A stretch of DNA of 64,000 nt from Epiperipatus broadwayi (GCA_028023455.1 JAQFVV010000009.1:15748001-15812000); one strand, 5' to 3'. Shown: positions 39,901 through 53,889, numbered from the stretch's first letter. Notes: generated from the letters alone by a model not told the origin. Numbers and translations: made by a program.

Positions 39901-42900
39901 TATTTCTGGATACTAAACTACAACATGTGAATTCTTGTAATTTATATTAATTTATCATTGCTCAATAGTTGTTCTATTTATATGAAAAGCAAAAGTAATG
40001 AAAAAAAATTATATATTTATTAAAAATGCAATTAGTTATACTTTCATATCAACACACATGACTGAAAAATCATACAGATGATTGAAAAATCACTTCCAAT
40101 AATTGTGGAATAAAGTGATAGAGATTTGAAAACCTATACAAATGAAAGATAAAACAAAGTTTTATAAATATTATGGGACCCTCACCAAAGTTTATAAAGA
40201 TTTATTGCAATTTTTTAAATCTAATATTAGTAAATGTCTTTGAACTGTAATTGCCTTTAAAACATTGAAAAAAGCAAGTTATCAGAAATGCAAATCCAGA
40301 AAAAGACCATGAACAAACAAATATAATATTTAAAAATGATTCAAACTTGTAAAAAAATTTATATTGTTCTACATATTGTTTTAGCATTTTATTTTTTTGT
40401 AATTGTTATTTTTGTTTGCCCATGGTCTCTTTCTAGATTTAAATCCAGAATAGCCTGCTTTTTTCAGTATCATAAAGTCAGTTATACTTCAGAGAGATTT
40501 ATTAATCTTCTATGAAAAATGTACAATAAGTCTTTATATACTTGACATAGATTTCATAGCATTTATAAAACTTTCTTTTATTTCTTGCATTTATATGTAT
40601 TTTAAATCTCTATCATCTTTATTTTGCAATTACCTTTATCTGCAATCCCTTGAATAACTGGTTGTGATTTTCCTGTAAATTGGGCTATTTTTCACAGTGA
40701 TTTGCCTTGATGTGAAAATTTCATTATTAAATTACATTTTTCAATAATTATATAATTTTTTTTTTGCACTAAGCAATGATATATTTACGTACAGTATATA
40801 TTATATTATCTTGAAATATGAAATCAACACCAGTTTATGTTTAATTTTTTATTATAGTTTTATCAGTGTTGCAGGTATCAATAAAGAATTCTTTGAAATA
40901 ATGAATGAATGTCTTTCATAAACAAACTCTTTGAGTAATTAGAATAGTTTGTAATATTTTAATACATGCATTTATTTAATTTTTTGGAGTCATTGGATAT
41001 GAAAAAAAAATCTAAAAAACTTTTAAAGCATTTTTTTTTTCAAAAGCTAATATATATATTAAAAATAATTTTTTAAATAAAAATTGAATTTTAATAATTG
41101 CAAAATTTATCTTGGAAAAATAGTTTTTGTGTAAGTTAGGGTGGGAGCAATTAGTGTAAAATAACAGATTAAAATGAAAATGTCTTCATTGTTTTGTATA
41201 CTTGATCTTCCACTTTTCTTGCATCAACCAGGCATCTTTAGATTTATGAATGTTGAATTTAAGATAATGCTCTAATCAACTAAGATATTCTCTCAAAGGT
41301 AACAGTAGGTAGACATTTTATATACTTATTTATATGTCTTCTTGATTTTTCCATTTTTTTTTAAAATCAAGGTTATTGGGTGCTATTATTAACATTTGAA
41401 TTTTTCTAAAAACATTTAACAATTAATATCAAATGATGAAAATAGTCCAGTATATGATTACATTTAAAATACCATCATCACAGATTTTCTGACAAAAACA
41501 TTAATTGTAATAATTGTTTCTGACTGTCATTTTTGCACAAAAAAGTAAAATGATTAAAAAGTAGCTTATGACACTGGATATTAATCTAATAATAAACAAC
41601 CAAAAATAAACTGTTGCAGTTCAAATGCTTAAATTCTTATCATTGTTATTCTAGTAATAAAATTAGAAATATGAATAACTGCAAGATCTTACATCAAAAT
41701 AAAATAATGATACAGTGAGTGATTTAGTATTAGTTTTAGAAGATTTTTATAAGCATAAAACTAATTTGAAATCTGATATTCAGGAATCTTCTATAACCTG
41801 GATTTGAATTTAAAATTTAGTATTTTCACAAAAGTTTTAGGTTGGATAATGCAAAAATAAATTATTACATGTTGTCAGAAACTTAAAATACCAAAGAAAA
41901 ATATAAAACAAAATAAGTGTAGTCCTTACTATTATAAAAATGCAAAAGCTAAGAATAACTTTTGTTTGTTCATAAATTTCGTATTTTTGATAGGGTTTAA
42001 ATTTGAATCTGCTGTTTCATTGTATTCTCTTAAAATATATAGAATGTGGATACATCAACAAATAAAATAAAATTTAGACCATATAATTTTTGTTTTGAAA
42101 TATTTATTAAAAATAATTTTGATAAGATATAATTGGAAATTGCAAGTAAATATTTTATTATATATACATTCGGGCTCTTACTTTCACAATCAAGGCTAAT
42201 TAATTATATTTATTCTTTTGAAAAATAATTCCAGAATAATATACTGATCTTGTAAAAAGTTGTCAATGACTGACTGTAAAGGAAAAATAAACATATTTCA
42301 TTTATATGAGGGATTAAATATCTCTTCTGATTGTGAAACTTGAGAGGAGAGCATTAAAAAAAAAAAAAAAATGCAGTTTAAATTAAAAAAATATTTTGAT
42401 AATAAAAAAAACAACTAACATCATTGAGTTTGTTATTTAATGATTTCTTAATAAGCTGTTAAAATCACTTAAATTTCAAAGATCAATTTTATAAATAGTT
42501 TTACTGTATTACATCATTTTCACATCAGTTTGAATTAAAGAAAAAGTGATACATTGACTACGAAACATGTTAAGCTATTGTTAACATTTCCATTGATTTG
42601 ATTAAAACATGTTAACATTAACTATAAACAATAAAGGCTGTTTTATCTTAATATATAATAAGTGTCCAATATTAATAAATTTTACATTGCGTCAAGTGCC
42701 TTTACTTTAAGGCTTTGTTACTCTGCAGATAAAAGTTTTATTTTAAAACTTTTTTTATTAAATCGTTCTATGAATTTCCATTTCAAATTAATAACTTAAC
42801 AATGAGTACTGTTTTCATAGTAATAAAATTATTTTGAATCATATCCTAATGTAATAATTCTTCTTACTGTAATAGTACAGATGTAGGAGTAAATATAGGG

Positions 42901-43701
42901 AGGTGGGAAAATATCCCTATTGAATAAATAAATATTGAATGAATATAAATATATAACATTCTCAAATAACAAAGGAATAAATATATAAGGAAGGAGCATG
43001 AGATCAGGAAAGAACAAAACTATAAGTAATTATACTAATAATTATAACAACCCAGTATTACATAAGAATAATTAAATCACCAGCAGTCTGCCCTTGTGAT
43101 TGCATCTAAAAGAAATACATTATAAACAAGCTAATTATTTAACCACTGCCAAATTTAGGGCAAAATATAATACAATCATCTGGACCTGATTGCTAATCTA
43201 TCACTCATTTAAAAAATAATGCTGGGATACGAATATATATTGATCATCATCATTGTTCTGGTCATATGATATCATTACTGTACAGGCCAACTATAAACTA
43301 AATGTTCTCTAAAAATATAATGCACTGAATGGATTTTAAAGATATCTTTGTGCCTTCCATAGAACTATCTGGATGTCCAAACACACATAAACTAACCATT
43401 ATTTCTCATAATCCTATGGCTGTGAACAAGAGAAAGTATAAATTTATAAGCTTACTTTATTATAATTGAAATAGTCTTACTGGGATAATTTACAAATCCC
43501 TAAAACACTATGCTGTTATGAAATCATGTCACACACACTGCCAATTCATAGGAAACTGAAGGGATAAAAACATTAACACTTATTTTTTTAACAATTATAT
43601 AATAAATTCTCTAATAAATTAATTAAGAAACTTAAAAAAAGCACAATAATGTGACAATTCCAATTAAATACATTTTTATCAACAACATATACTTTTGTAT
43701 A

Positions 43702-45239
43702 TACCCGGGTCTTGTTTTATGCAGATTTTTTAAATGCGATTTTGAAGTTATACAATTCATGTTTATTCTTAATATCGTTGTATGCGGTTTTCTTTTATGC
43801 GATAAAAATTATTAGATCAGAAGTCAAGCTGCAATAATGTGCTATTACTTTAAATATTATAAATTTCTTGCACTCACATGTCATATTTAAAGTAATAGTG
43901 CATTATCGGAGTTTGACTTCCATTTAATAATTTCAATATTTTTAGCGCTTTATAATAGATTTTTAGCGCTTTATAATAGATTTTATGCAATAAAGAAGTT
44001 TATAATTCACTTAAAATCAGGATTTTCCCATTTTATATACATACATTAAATTTTACAAGATTATAATGTAAATCTGTTCAAACGTTATAGATGCGTATAC
44101 TATGCATGTTGTTTTTGCATTTTAAATGACATTCTATTTTTGCTTTTTAAAAAGAGAGTATGTAATCAATTAATCATTTAATGTCCGCAAATAATAAATT
44201 TTACAAGATTATAATGTAAATCTGTTCAAATGTTATGGATGCGTATACTATGCATGTTGTTTTTGCATTTTAAAGCACATTCTATTTTTGCTTTTTAAAA
44301 AAAGAGTACATAATCAATTAATCATTTACAGTCCACAAGTTTATTTTTAAAAGTTGAGTAACAGCAGTGGGCACAATTAAATTTCACAATTAAAAATTAA
44401 AATCTGATTTTTAATTATTATTAACAATTTAAAAATTATGTAATGTGTTGCGAAACAGTGAAAATTGATTTTCAAACAAAATTGAAAATTAAAAAATTAA
44501 AGACAAAAATAAGAATTTAATTTTTAATTGTTACTTTTAATTAAATTTTGCCCAATAGTGATGAGTAGGTATCTTTTTATTATTATAAGTCTAAGTTATT
44601 TTTATTTTAAACTTTTAGTTTACCCTAATGGAGAAGGAAAAAACACCCAAGAAAATGAATTTCTTTGGAAACAAAAATTTCAATTTTAGATTGCTTAGCA
44701 AAATGGGAACAATCAACAGCGATTGGAAAACATTTTAGTTTGGACGAGTATACTATAAGAGCAATTAAAAAAAAATGAAGTTGGCGCTAGTTGTATTTAC
44801 TCTTGTGACAATACTGATGTCTTACTAGTTTACAAATGAACTTGCATATCTAGAAATAGCGATAATGATTAAAATACTGTACATGTATAATATACAAAAT
44901 TAACAAAGCGTATGACACACTTGAAATACTGCAAATTACGCATAAAAATAATATTGTTTTGAATAAAATTCAAGACTGTAGTTAATGAAAAAATTAAAAA
45001 AAGTTTGTCTTGTATCAATTTTTTTCACATTTGAAATGTTTTATTAGTCATATTTTATTTTCTTTTTTTTAATGCAAATTTTAAAGTAATTTTATGTTGT
45101 TGCTTTGCTTTTATGTGATTTTCAAAAATTACAGTACTTATCCCCTATTTTTTAAGGTAAATTAAGTCTATTTTTGTGTAATTTCTTTTGTGCACATTTT
45201 TTGAGGAACTTATCTACCACATAAAATGAGACCCAGGTG
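43702..45239 (+). mobile_element. Internally deleted pogo/Tigger-type (Tc1/mariner superfamily) DNA transposon
   Basis: Imperfect TIRs TACCCGGGTCTTGTTTTATG and rc CACCTGGGTCTCATTTTATG, with TA TSDs at 43700-43701 and 45240-45241. From ATG 44628 a frameshifted MEKEKTPRK.ISLETKISILDCLAK.E.STAIGKHFSL.E.TIRAIKKNE matches a CENP-B/psq HTH. No DDD domain is left. Confidence 0.85.
44047..44330 (+). repeat. ~150-bp tandem duplication inside the pogo element (plus a 21-bp duplication at ~43941-43983)
   Basis: AAATTTTACAAGATTATAATGTAAATCTGTTCAAA...AATCAATTAATCATTTA occurs twice. Confidence 0.9.
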
Positions 45240-47427
45240 TAATATTAACTTGTTATTGGTTCTTATTAATTTAATTAACTAGTATTAACTTTAAACAGAA
45301 TTGTTTCTTTCTTCAATGATTAAAATTGCAAAATAACATTTCAAAAAAAAAAAAAAAGAAAGAAATTAGCTTAAACACTCTTTTCGTTTTTTATGAAAAT
45401 GAAATCCTATACAATTCCATTTAATAAAATTATTCATTATCATTAATTATTTATGTAAAAATATCTATAAATGTAAATATAATGTGCACATTACAGTATC
45501 TTGGTTTTGTTTTTCTTTTGAGTCCTTTGATAGTTGTAATTTTTAGGTTTTTCCATATTGATTGTTTTCTTGGAAGCTTCTCTATTAAAACATATTTCCA
45601 GGTTAATGTACGCAGTTAAATTTATTATTTTCAAGTTTTACACAGGCTGAATTTATAATTTTTTTTAACATTATAACTTGCAGGTTGTGTTAACACATAT
45701 AATAATTTTCAAGTCAGGCTAATATATGGAAAGAGATAGTCATACTTTTGGATGGAAATAAGGCTTGTTGCAGATTACTTCAGGGCTATTTTTCTATAAT
45801 TTTTTTAGTGAGCAGGTTACATGGTCAGGTTTAATAATGCTCAGCTTCAACTAAAACTTAGCACATGGTTTGTCTCAAGTCCATTTTAAAAATTATTTTT
45901 TTAAATAAGTAGTGAAATGAAAGTCTTCCCATTACAAAACTATTTTTCACTGTGCTCTTTACAGCAGAACATCTACTTCTGTATTCTTCATCAGCTTAAT
46001 CAAGATAAGCTGCTACTATTTTCTTCAACAGTTGAGACAAGAATATTGTTTTTTTTTATAAGACACTGGGATCTACTGATTTACCCTACCCACTATTTTA
46101 TTTTTAGACCAATTTTGTGTCTATCCAATCATATTTTCTCTCTAACCTGAGAAAATTATACCCTGACCAATTTATTATATATTTATAAAATATTTCTCTT
46201 TTTTTCCTATTAAAAAAAATTTAATCATCATTTTTGAAATTCTTTTTTAATTATTTATTTTATGCCAAAAGTAAAACAAGATGTTTTAATTATACCAATT
46301 TAAAAAACATTACCTTTTGTTTTGGCGAGTGATAAAGAGAAAAAAAAACAACTTTAATTAATTAAAACAAAATTTCTCAACAAAAATGTTAAAACATTAG
46401 TTTTTTCTTTTCTTTTAAAAACTTTATATTGAACCAGATCAGAAAAAGACATATATTTTTGTAGGTTTAAATATCTTTTATAATAATTTTGGAATTTAAA
46501 CTTTAATAAGTTTAACATTTAATCTAATATTATGGGAATGGACCAGTCCTTCAAGCGGAGGGGAAAATATCCTTGATAGCAGGGCCATCAACAATATCCA
46601 CAGTCAGATCAAGCTATGCAAAGCATAACAATCACATTTCCAGACTTGACTGATGGATTCAAACCCTTGCCATCCAAAGCATTTTATTTGTTTTGAGGAG
46701 CAACCTCAGGTGCCATCCAACCATAGGTTATATAGTCAGTGTGCTTTGGAGACAGGCACACAATCCAGTGCTAGAAATATCCCATGACTAGCTCGTACTC
46801 TTAACCAGGACCCAGCACATTTAAACTTAACACCCATAAAAATAACTATACTTTTAAATTAATAATGACACGATAAGAGAGAGAGAATAGACTGAATAAT
46901 ATTTAAGCAAACATTAATATTTATTCATGCACACACATATCTAATATAAAATAACACATAATATTTACATAAAAACATAAATAATTACTTTCAGGGTAAA
47001 ATTATGATAGTTCTTCATTAATTAAAGTTTATTTAAAATAAATATAAAGTGTCTATAGATTGTTATTTAAAAGTATCTTTACCTAGGTTTTTATGATTGT
47101 CAGTTTCCAACTGGTTAGGTTTTTGGCTCTCCATCAATGGCTTCATGGCTTTCCTTCCAGGTTTTTGTCAAACAATGAGAGAAAGTATGTGGCAGTTCCT
47201 ACTTCACAATCTCAGAATTGGTTCCAGGTATTGATTCAGTTGGGATAGTTGATGGCTGAGGACTTGAGGCGGGAAGCCCTGTCAGACATTCATGGTTTAT
47301 GTGGCTTCTTCATGGATGTTGACCATAGCAGTAATGACTGGTTTACTACTGTTTACAGTTTTTGAAAATTTGGATCTCTGGTTGTTTGGATTCTTAATGA
47401 AAAACTCTGTCAGCATTCTGCATTCTG

Positions 47428-47650
47428 TCCGAACTGAATAATAATAATCCGAACTGAATCAATAATGGCATGAAGATCAGACTAATTCAATCACAAACTG
47501 AAGGCCGGAACTATTCAATCACAGACCAGATTAATTCTATCTTAAAATGAAGAGCGGAATAAATCAATCACAAAATGCAGACCGAACTAATTCTATCACA
47601 AAATAAAGAGCGGAATAATTCTATCACAAAATTCAGACCAGATTGAAGAT
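47428..47650 (+). repeat. Imperfect ~28-30-bp tandem array
   Basis: Recurrent units AGACC(A/G)(G/A)A(T/C)TAATTCTATC and GAGCGGAATAA..ATCACAAAAT. Confidence 0.75.
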
Positions 47651-49344
47651 CAATAATAAAGATGTAACTTTTATACTTTTTTCTCTCCCATTGTTTATTT
47701 CCTTATCATATTTTTTAATTTTGATCATAACTTGAGATCTGTCTTTTAATTAATTTTACATTTCTGATAATCTAATTGATTTTTATACTACACATTATCT
47801 AATCTTTTGCTTAGATTAATCTACTATCTCATTGATAGTTTGCATAGTTTTTTAATTAATACAATTTTAATATCGTTATCAATCAGAAATTTTGTAAACT
47901 AATTATATTTTTAAAAGTTTTACTAACATTAATTTTTGTGGACAAATTTTATTCCAACTTTATATATTTACTTATTTTTACTTTATAAAAGGTGTTTTTT
48001 AAAAAAGAGAGAAAGAGTTTTAAATCTTTTTCTAATTCTTCTCCCCAACTGCTCTTTTAACAAATAGTTTTATTATATTTTAAAAGCAAAATATATGTAA
48101 TCTTCTTATTTTACAAAATTGCATTTTAAAATGTACCCAACGAATTATATATATTTTTTAAAATTATGAAACATGCAATGCTAGTGTTACAATATATTTA
48201 CCTCTCTTATTATCTCTAAAAAGTCAAAATTGAAACTTATTAATAACTTACTGAAAAGAAAAAAAAATTATCCTACTACTTTAAAAAAAAAAAAAAGCTA
48301 GTAGATCAAATTAATAAAGAGAGAATAAAAAAACTATTTACTTTATTTTATACTTTTCTCTCTCCTTTACAACTACTTTTTAATAAATTACAAATATTCA
48401 CCATATATTAAAAAAATGTTTAAACTATCTTATCATTTAAGAAATGTAAATCAGTATTTATTGTTATTAAATTTATCATTTCATTATTTAAATTTATTTT
48501 AATTTATGAAGTTTGTAATATCTGACACAGCCAGAGTTAGCCACTCCCTAGAATATTACAGTATATATATATTAAATATTAACTAATTAAATGCCACAAA
48601 TATGAATTATTAATGTTATTGTGTGTATACTCTACAAAAATTTATAGAAACTTATAGTCTTATATGCAGCAATGTTTTAATGGGAAAAATTAATCTCTTG
48701 TCAATCACATCTGACTTCATCACCTACTTAGGAGACCAGTACTCAGTTTTTATTTAAATAGGCTCATAACATTCAATTTGTTATTAAAATTTGAACTTGA
48801 ATTTTAATGATAATTTAATTAAAAACTCTTTTGTGTTCGTTTAATGTTAATTGACAAAACAGAATTTATAATTTAAATCATTTTTAAGTAATCTTGCCTT
48901 CAAACAAACATTTTAATTATCTAAATATTCATTAATTAAATACTATATAAATATTATAATCCATCAGTGGTAATATATTTATTCCTTTAAGAAATTTATA
49001 CAGACTTATGGTCTTATATATGTCAATGTTGTAATGAAAAATCAACTAACTTGTTCTGCATTTTCAATTAACATTAATTAAGCCAATACAAAGTTGGTGT
49101 TACTAGTAAAAGTCATGTTCAAATTTTAATATCAAATTGAAAAACTGAGTTGGTATATTTGATGTGATCTCAACTTGCTGTCTAAGCAATTAGTAAAATC
49201 TGGCCGGATTGACAGAAACAGGTATTATGCAAAAAGTTGTTTTTTTCTAGGTGTTGTGATTACAATATTATTAGATTATATATATTTAATAATGTTTTAT
49301 ACAGATGTATAATGTAATGAGAATAGTAATAATTCTTTTTTTAG

Positions 49345-49558
49345 CTCTCCCAAACAAAGTGTAAAAGAGCTAAATATGGCAAGTAGAATTGGCTTCAAGC
49401 AACAGTTGATGCGGGAGTTTACTCATCGTGAACAGCAACAATTTGAACAGCAGCAGCAACAACAGCAGCAGCAGTTTATGCAGCGACAGCAGACTCAAGC
49501 TATCAATGTTCCTCTTTCAGTGTCTGCACCTCTTACAGTTCCTCAACATGTTTTGGAG
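49345..49558 (+). CDS. Mitf: Exon of a MiT/TFE-family transcription factor (MITF/TFEB/TFE3-like): N-terminal region with poly-Q. In-frame ATG at 49376.
   Basis: Translation (S)PKQSVKELN-MASRIGFKQQLMREFTHREQQQFEQQQQQQQQQFMQRQQTQAINVPLSVSAPLTVPQHVLE matches the recalled human TFEB N-terminus (MASRIGLRMQLMREQ...PAINTP...VPGEVLK) and MITF (TSRILLRQQLMREQ...PAINVS...VPMEVLK). The acceptor is ttttttttag at 49335-49344 and the donor is GAG|gtaagc at 49558/49559, in phase 0 right after VL[E/K], the same boundary as the vertebrate exon preceding VQ(T/S)xLENPT. The symbol is family-level; paralog identity is unresolved. Confidence 0.92.
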
Positions 49559-52500
49559 GTAAGCAGTTATAAAACAATTTGTAAATCCCTGAGTTGAATA
49601 TATTCCATTTTAATTCATTTATAAAGTATATTTGTTAAATTACTTTTTAAAATTTATTTTATTTTACTGGTTTTTTTTTTAAATATTAGATTACATTTCT
49701 AGTTGTGATTTTTGTGCTTTTTTCATTCTTGCTCTTTATCATTTGCCATTAACTAGATATTTAAAGCTTAAAGTTTAAAACAATTAATTGTATTATTATT
49801 ATTTTGTTATGGTTTGTTGCTCAATTTTTTAAAATCATATTTTATTTCATGATACATTTTTCTTCTTTTTTTTCTATTCTAGAATTGTTTTTTTTTATTA
49901 TAATTATTATAATTGGATAGTTAAGATTTACTGGATTAAAATCTTAGACTCACCAATTTTTTTTATAAAATATTCTATCATATTAACATATTGTTCCTGG
50001 TTTTCAATGTACATCTTTGTGATATGTGGTATTCATTTTAATTCTCAGCTATATTTGATCATAATTTAATTTGTTATACTAAACATTATTTTGCTTTTCT
50101 GATTCTTCAATGTTGTTACAAGTTTAAATAATAATTGAACAAAAATTTTACAAACATTTAATGAAGGGCGATCTAGTATTGAAGCAATCCATATTATAGA
50201 CAAAAATGAATCTGCTTTCATCTGCCATCTATGTTTATTCAGTGAACTTCAAATCAATACTGCATTTATATATGATCATTTGATAGCAGATTAAAGTGGC
50301 TTCATTTTTCATTTGTATTATGAATTGCTTTCATCCTAGAGGGAGGATGTTGAAATAATATAATTGGTATTTGGAAGTTTGTTACTCAAATTATTACATA
50401 TTATTAATTAATCACTACATAATTTCTCTTTAAATGCCCATCAGTATATGCTGGATATTCTTTTATTTATAAAAATGTCCATTCTTATGAAAATGGTTTA
50501 GAAAGTAGGCAAATCTTTTAAATTTACTACAGATTTTCAATGTAATTGTCGTGAGTCACTTCAAATACGTTAATGTATATGACTTTTTAATCTAGTGCTA
50601 TCAGTGGTTAAAAGATTACCTGACAAAGATTGAATCCAAATGATGTGTTGTAAGAAGTTTTTGGGTGTTAGATTTAGTGAGTGAGGAAGGCATCACAAAA
50701 ATTGCTCACATATCTGTAGTATTTGATGAAAATGTTCTTGAGGCATTGGTCTGATTAGTTAGTAATGTTTATCTAGCTGTTTTTAATCAAAGACTAAAAA
50801 CATGAGCATCATTATGTTAATTGTAAAATAAAAACAGGATTGTTATATGATGTAGAATTCACACTGATGCATGGACATTGTATCATATCTTGTTTTTATA
50901 TTAGTCCTTTTGTCACTGTATATATAGTTTTTTCCAATTACAATTGAAGAAACATTCATAATGGTGTCATATTGAAGATAATAACATCCAGATTCTCACA
51001 TCATAGTACTTATAGATATTATCAAGTCACCAAAGCTCAATGGACTATCAATCTGGTTTTATTCCTTTCAGTCTGTTTGCAAAATAATTGTGAAAATAGT
51101 TTAAACCATGTATAATATCTTTTTAAATGGCTTTTTATTTAAGCAGTTTTTAGTTCAAATGTTTTAGATAAAGATAAAATACAATATATTAAAATTATAT
51201 CAGAAATAGCCGAGATAAAAAAACTGATTGATAAAAAAACTGATTAGAAAATTCGTACAAGATTCTAATTAGAATGAAATCATAAAAATTAGTGATAATA
51301 ATATTATGTATGGAATATTTAGAAAAATACACACACCCACACAAATCAGAAGAAATCCTCATTAAAAAAAAAAAATCAGTATTGCAAACTTATATTCTTC
51401 TATATGCATTGATAAAATTATGAAAAATTAAACAAATCCACCTTTCTTATTATTGTTACAATGCTTATTTTATTAAAGTTAATCAAATTGACCAGCAATC
51501 TTTTTCAGAGCTGTAAGATATATATATAAGTACATGAATACACAAATCGTTTATCATATAAACAAAAACTTATCATTATATCTTTTTATAAATTGACTGA
51601 TTTTTTATATATCTTATTATATGTATATAATAATTATATATGTATATGTAAACCTCAGAGTTACCAAGAATAGCTATAGATTCATTCTATTCTTGATCCT
51701 TTGTTCAACATTTAGAATGCTTTTAAGTCATAATCTGGGGGAGGGGGATTTACTCCCTTTGTTCACATATACATTGAGCTATGTTTAATTTAAAGTTTAT
51801 ATATATATATTATGTCCTATTTTTTATGCAATATATTAATAAATACCACATTCAGTATGTAAAGCAAATATATATACTTTAAATATATCATATATATACC
51901 GTAATACATTCAAAATTTATGCTACATATATATCATAAAATGTCACAAAAGTCAAAATCAGTAAGCCCCTTAATATTTTATAAATTATTTTATATTAATT
52001 AATATCATACATATAAAAACTAAAAATATAACCAACCTATAAAACTTATAATTCTATATTATTTATTTATTAATTTTCTATTATTAATCTAAATATTAAT
52101 ATTATAAATTTAATAATAATAATTATTAAACTTATTATCTATTATAAATTATTTTTATTGCAAAATGTATTTATAAATATATGTATATTTTAATTGTTTT
52201 TTTTTTTAACTAATAGTAATACTTCATTCTTCTTACTATTTAGTTTTTCCAGTTGTCACCAATTTGAATTTTAATTTGCTTTTTAAAAATATAATGGTTC
52301 CCTCTTTTTACTTTTTATTGTAACCAATTTTGAATCTCACAAATTTATTATTTGAAATTATTATTGCAATCCTAATTAAAATCAAGATAATTTTTTTTAG
52401 CCAAAATATTTATTTAATATGGATTTGATGCATTTATAAGGATACATTTTCATTAGATTGGTAAATAATGTGAATGAAAAGTAAGACTTGCTAAAAAAAT

Positions 52501-53526
52501 TATTTATGACATATTTGCACATGAAAAAAAAAAGTACTGTTTACATTATAAAGTTTATGCCATAGAATTGAAGAAGCACAATATTGATTGTTTTTGTTAG
52601 AAAGTCATAGCTGAGGATAGAATATTGCAAAGTGTCAAACAGATTAAAGATTTAATTTATAAAGTTATTGTAGAATCCATGTTTAGTTTTTCATTTTAAT
52701 TCGTTCTCTCTCTTTTTTTTAAAAAAAAATTAGGATGATATTTTATAAAAATATTTTCTAACATAGTAGCCATACTGCAAAATTCATCTCATTTGATAAG
52801 ATGAAAACCCTAATTTTGTGATAGAAGAGTTTAAATTTTTTTGGCAGCACTTTTCATAATGTTTTTTATTTCATTGTTAAAATTGTTGACTTTCTTCTGG
52901 AGATTTATTATAACTGAAGTTTTAATATATTAAATAATGAAAGATTTGTTGATGCAGTGTTTTTATCAATGAAAGATAATGGTAAACATAAAAAAAAGAC
53001 AGGATTTTTAGAAAAAGAAATATTGTTGAATTCTGAAAGTAACACTCAATATGAATATAATTATGCCTATATATTTTTTTTCTGTTTTTTTTTTTTTTTT
53101 TTTACAAAAATTTCATTAATATTTCTCTCTTATTTTGTTTCGGATTTCTCATTGTTTCAAAAAAATTTAAATTATAATCTCCCTCTTATTATATATATAT
53201 TTTCAATTATCTAAAATAATTTTCAGATTATCTTATTTGATTTTGTATTCATAAATTAAAATTATTTACACCTTTGTTTATATTATTATTTAATGAAAAA
53301 GAAATCTTTATTTATTTAAATAAAACCTATTAGAAAATTAAAGTCCAGAGGGGTCTCACATAAAATTCAGTTTGTGTAACATACATTCTATATAGCAAGA
53401 AATACTATTGACTGACATATTTCAGAGCATTCCCATTTTGGCTAAAGCTCATTTTATTTGTTACAATTTGTAAGGCTTATTTACCAAAACTCTAATGAAT
53501 AATATTTCTGTAGTGTAATTTTGAAA

Positions 53527-53889
53527 CTACACCAATCTCACGCAAGGTAGGAACTGATTTCTATCTGTTTTTAACAATTTGTGGAGGGATGTAATCTTAA
53601 ACATATTCACCCAAAACATGTGGAAAAGATTTAAGATTCCTAAGATGCGCACATTTCATGCTGAACAAGCACAAACTGTAATAATTGGCTATCTATATTT
53701 ATTGAACAATGATAAAAATCTGTGTAAGAAATTGTGATCTGCCCAATGAGCTGGTTCAGCACAAAATGTGCATCTTGGGGATCATACATCTTTTTCACAT
53801 TCTTTGGTCATATGTTTATGATTACACCCCTCCCCAAGGTGTTAAAAATAGATAGAAACCAGTCGCTAACTTGTGTGAGAGTGATGTAG
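53527..53889. mobile_element. Old MITE-like inverted repeat (~145-bp diverged arms)
   Basis: 53527-53670 pairs with 53750-53889 (for example TTTCTATCTGTTTTTAACA and TGTTAAAAATAGATAGAAA), with many mismatches. Confidence 0.75.

Larger units (their letters stand above)
28441..40968 (+). repeat. ~1-kb direct repeat pair: 28441-29405 versus 39878-40968
   Basis: Colinear from ACTTCACATTTCATGTT to TTAGAATAGTTT. The second copy has an extra ~110 nt near 40100-40205. Confidence 0.9.

Noticed and set aside
46530-46820. SINE-like segment with GGTTTGAATCC on the minus strand (also 60240-60330)
   Set aside because: Single copies in the window with no convincing A-box spacing.
47428-47650. Tandem array as a CRISPR-like repeat-spacer array
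   Set aside because: Units are degenerate and contiguous with no unique spacers, the context is eukaryotic, and there are no cas genes.
52957-53214. 85-aa ORF, and the other 60-100-aa AT-rich ORFs in the track (for example 1785, 2784, 16196, 19388, 22908, 45917)
   Set aside because: Low-complexity F/I/L/K/N-rich translations with homopolymer runs, no splice signals and no domain resemblance; expected by chance.
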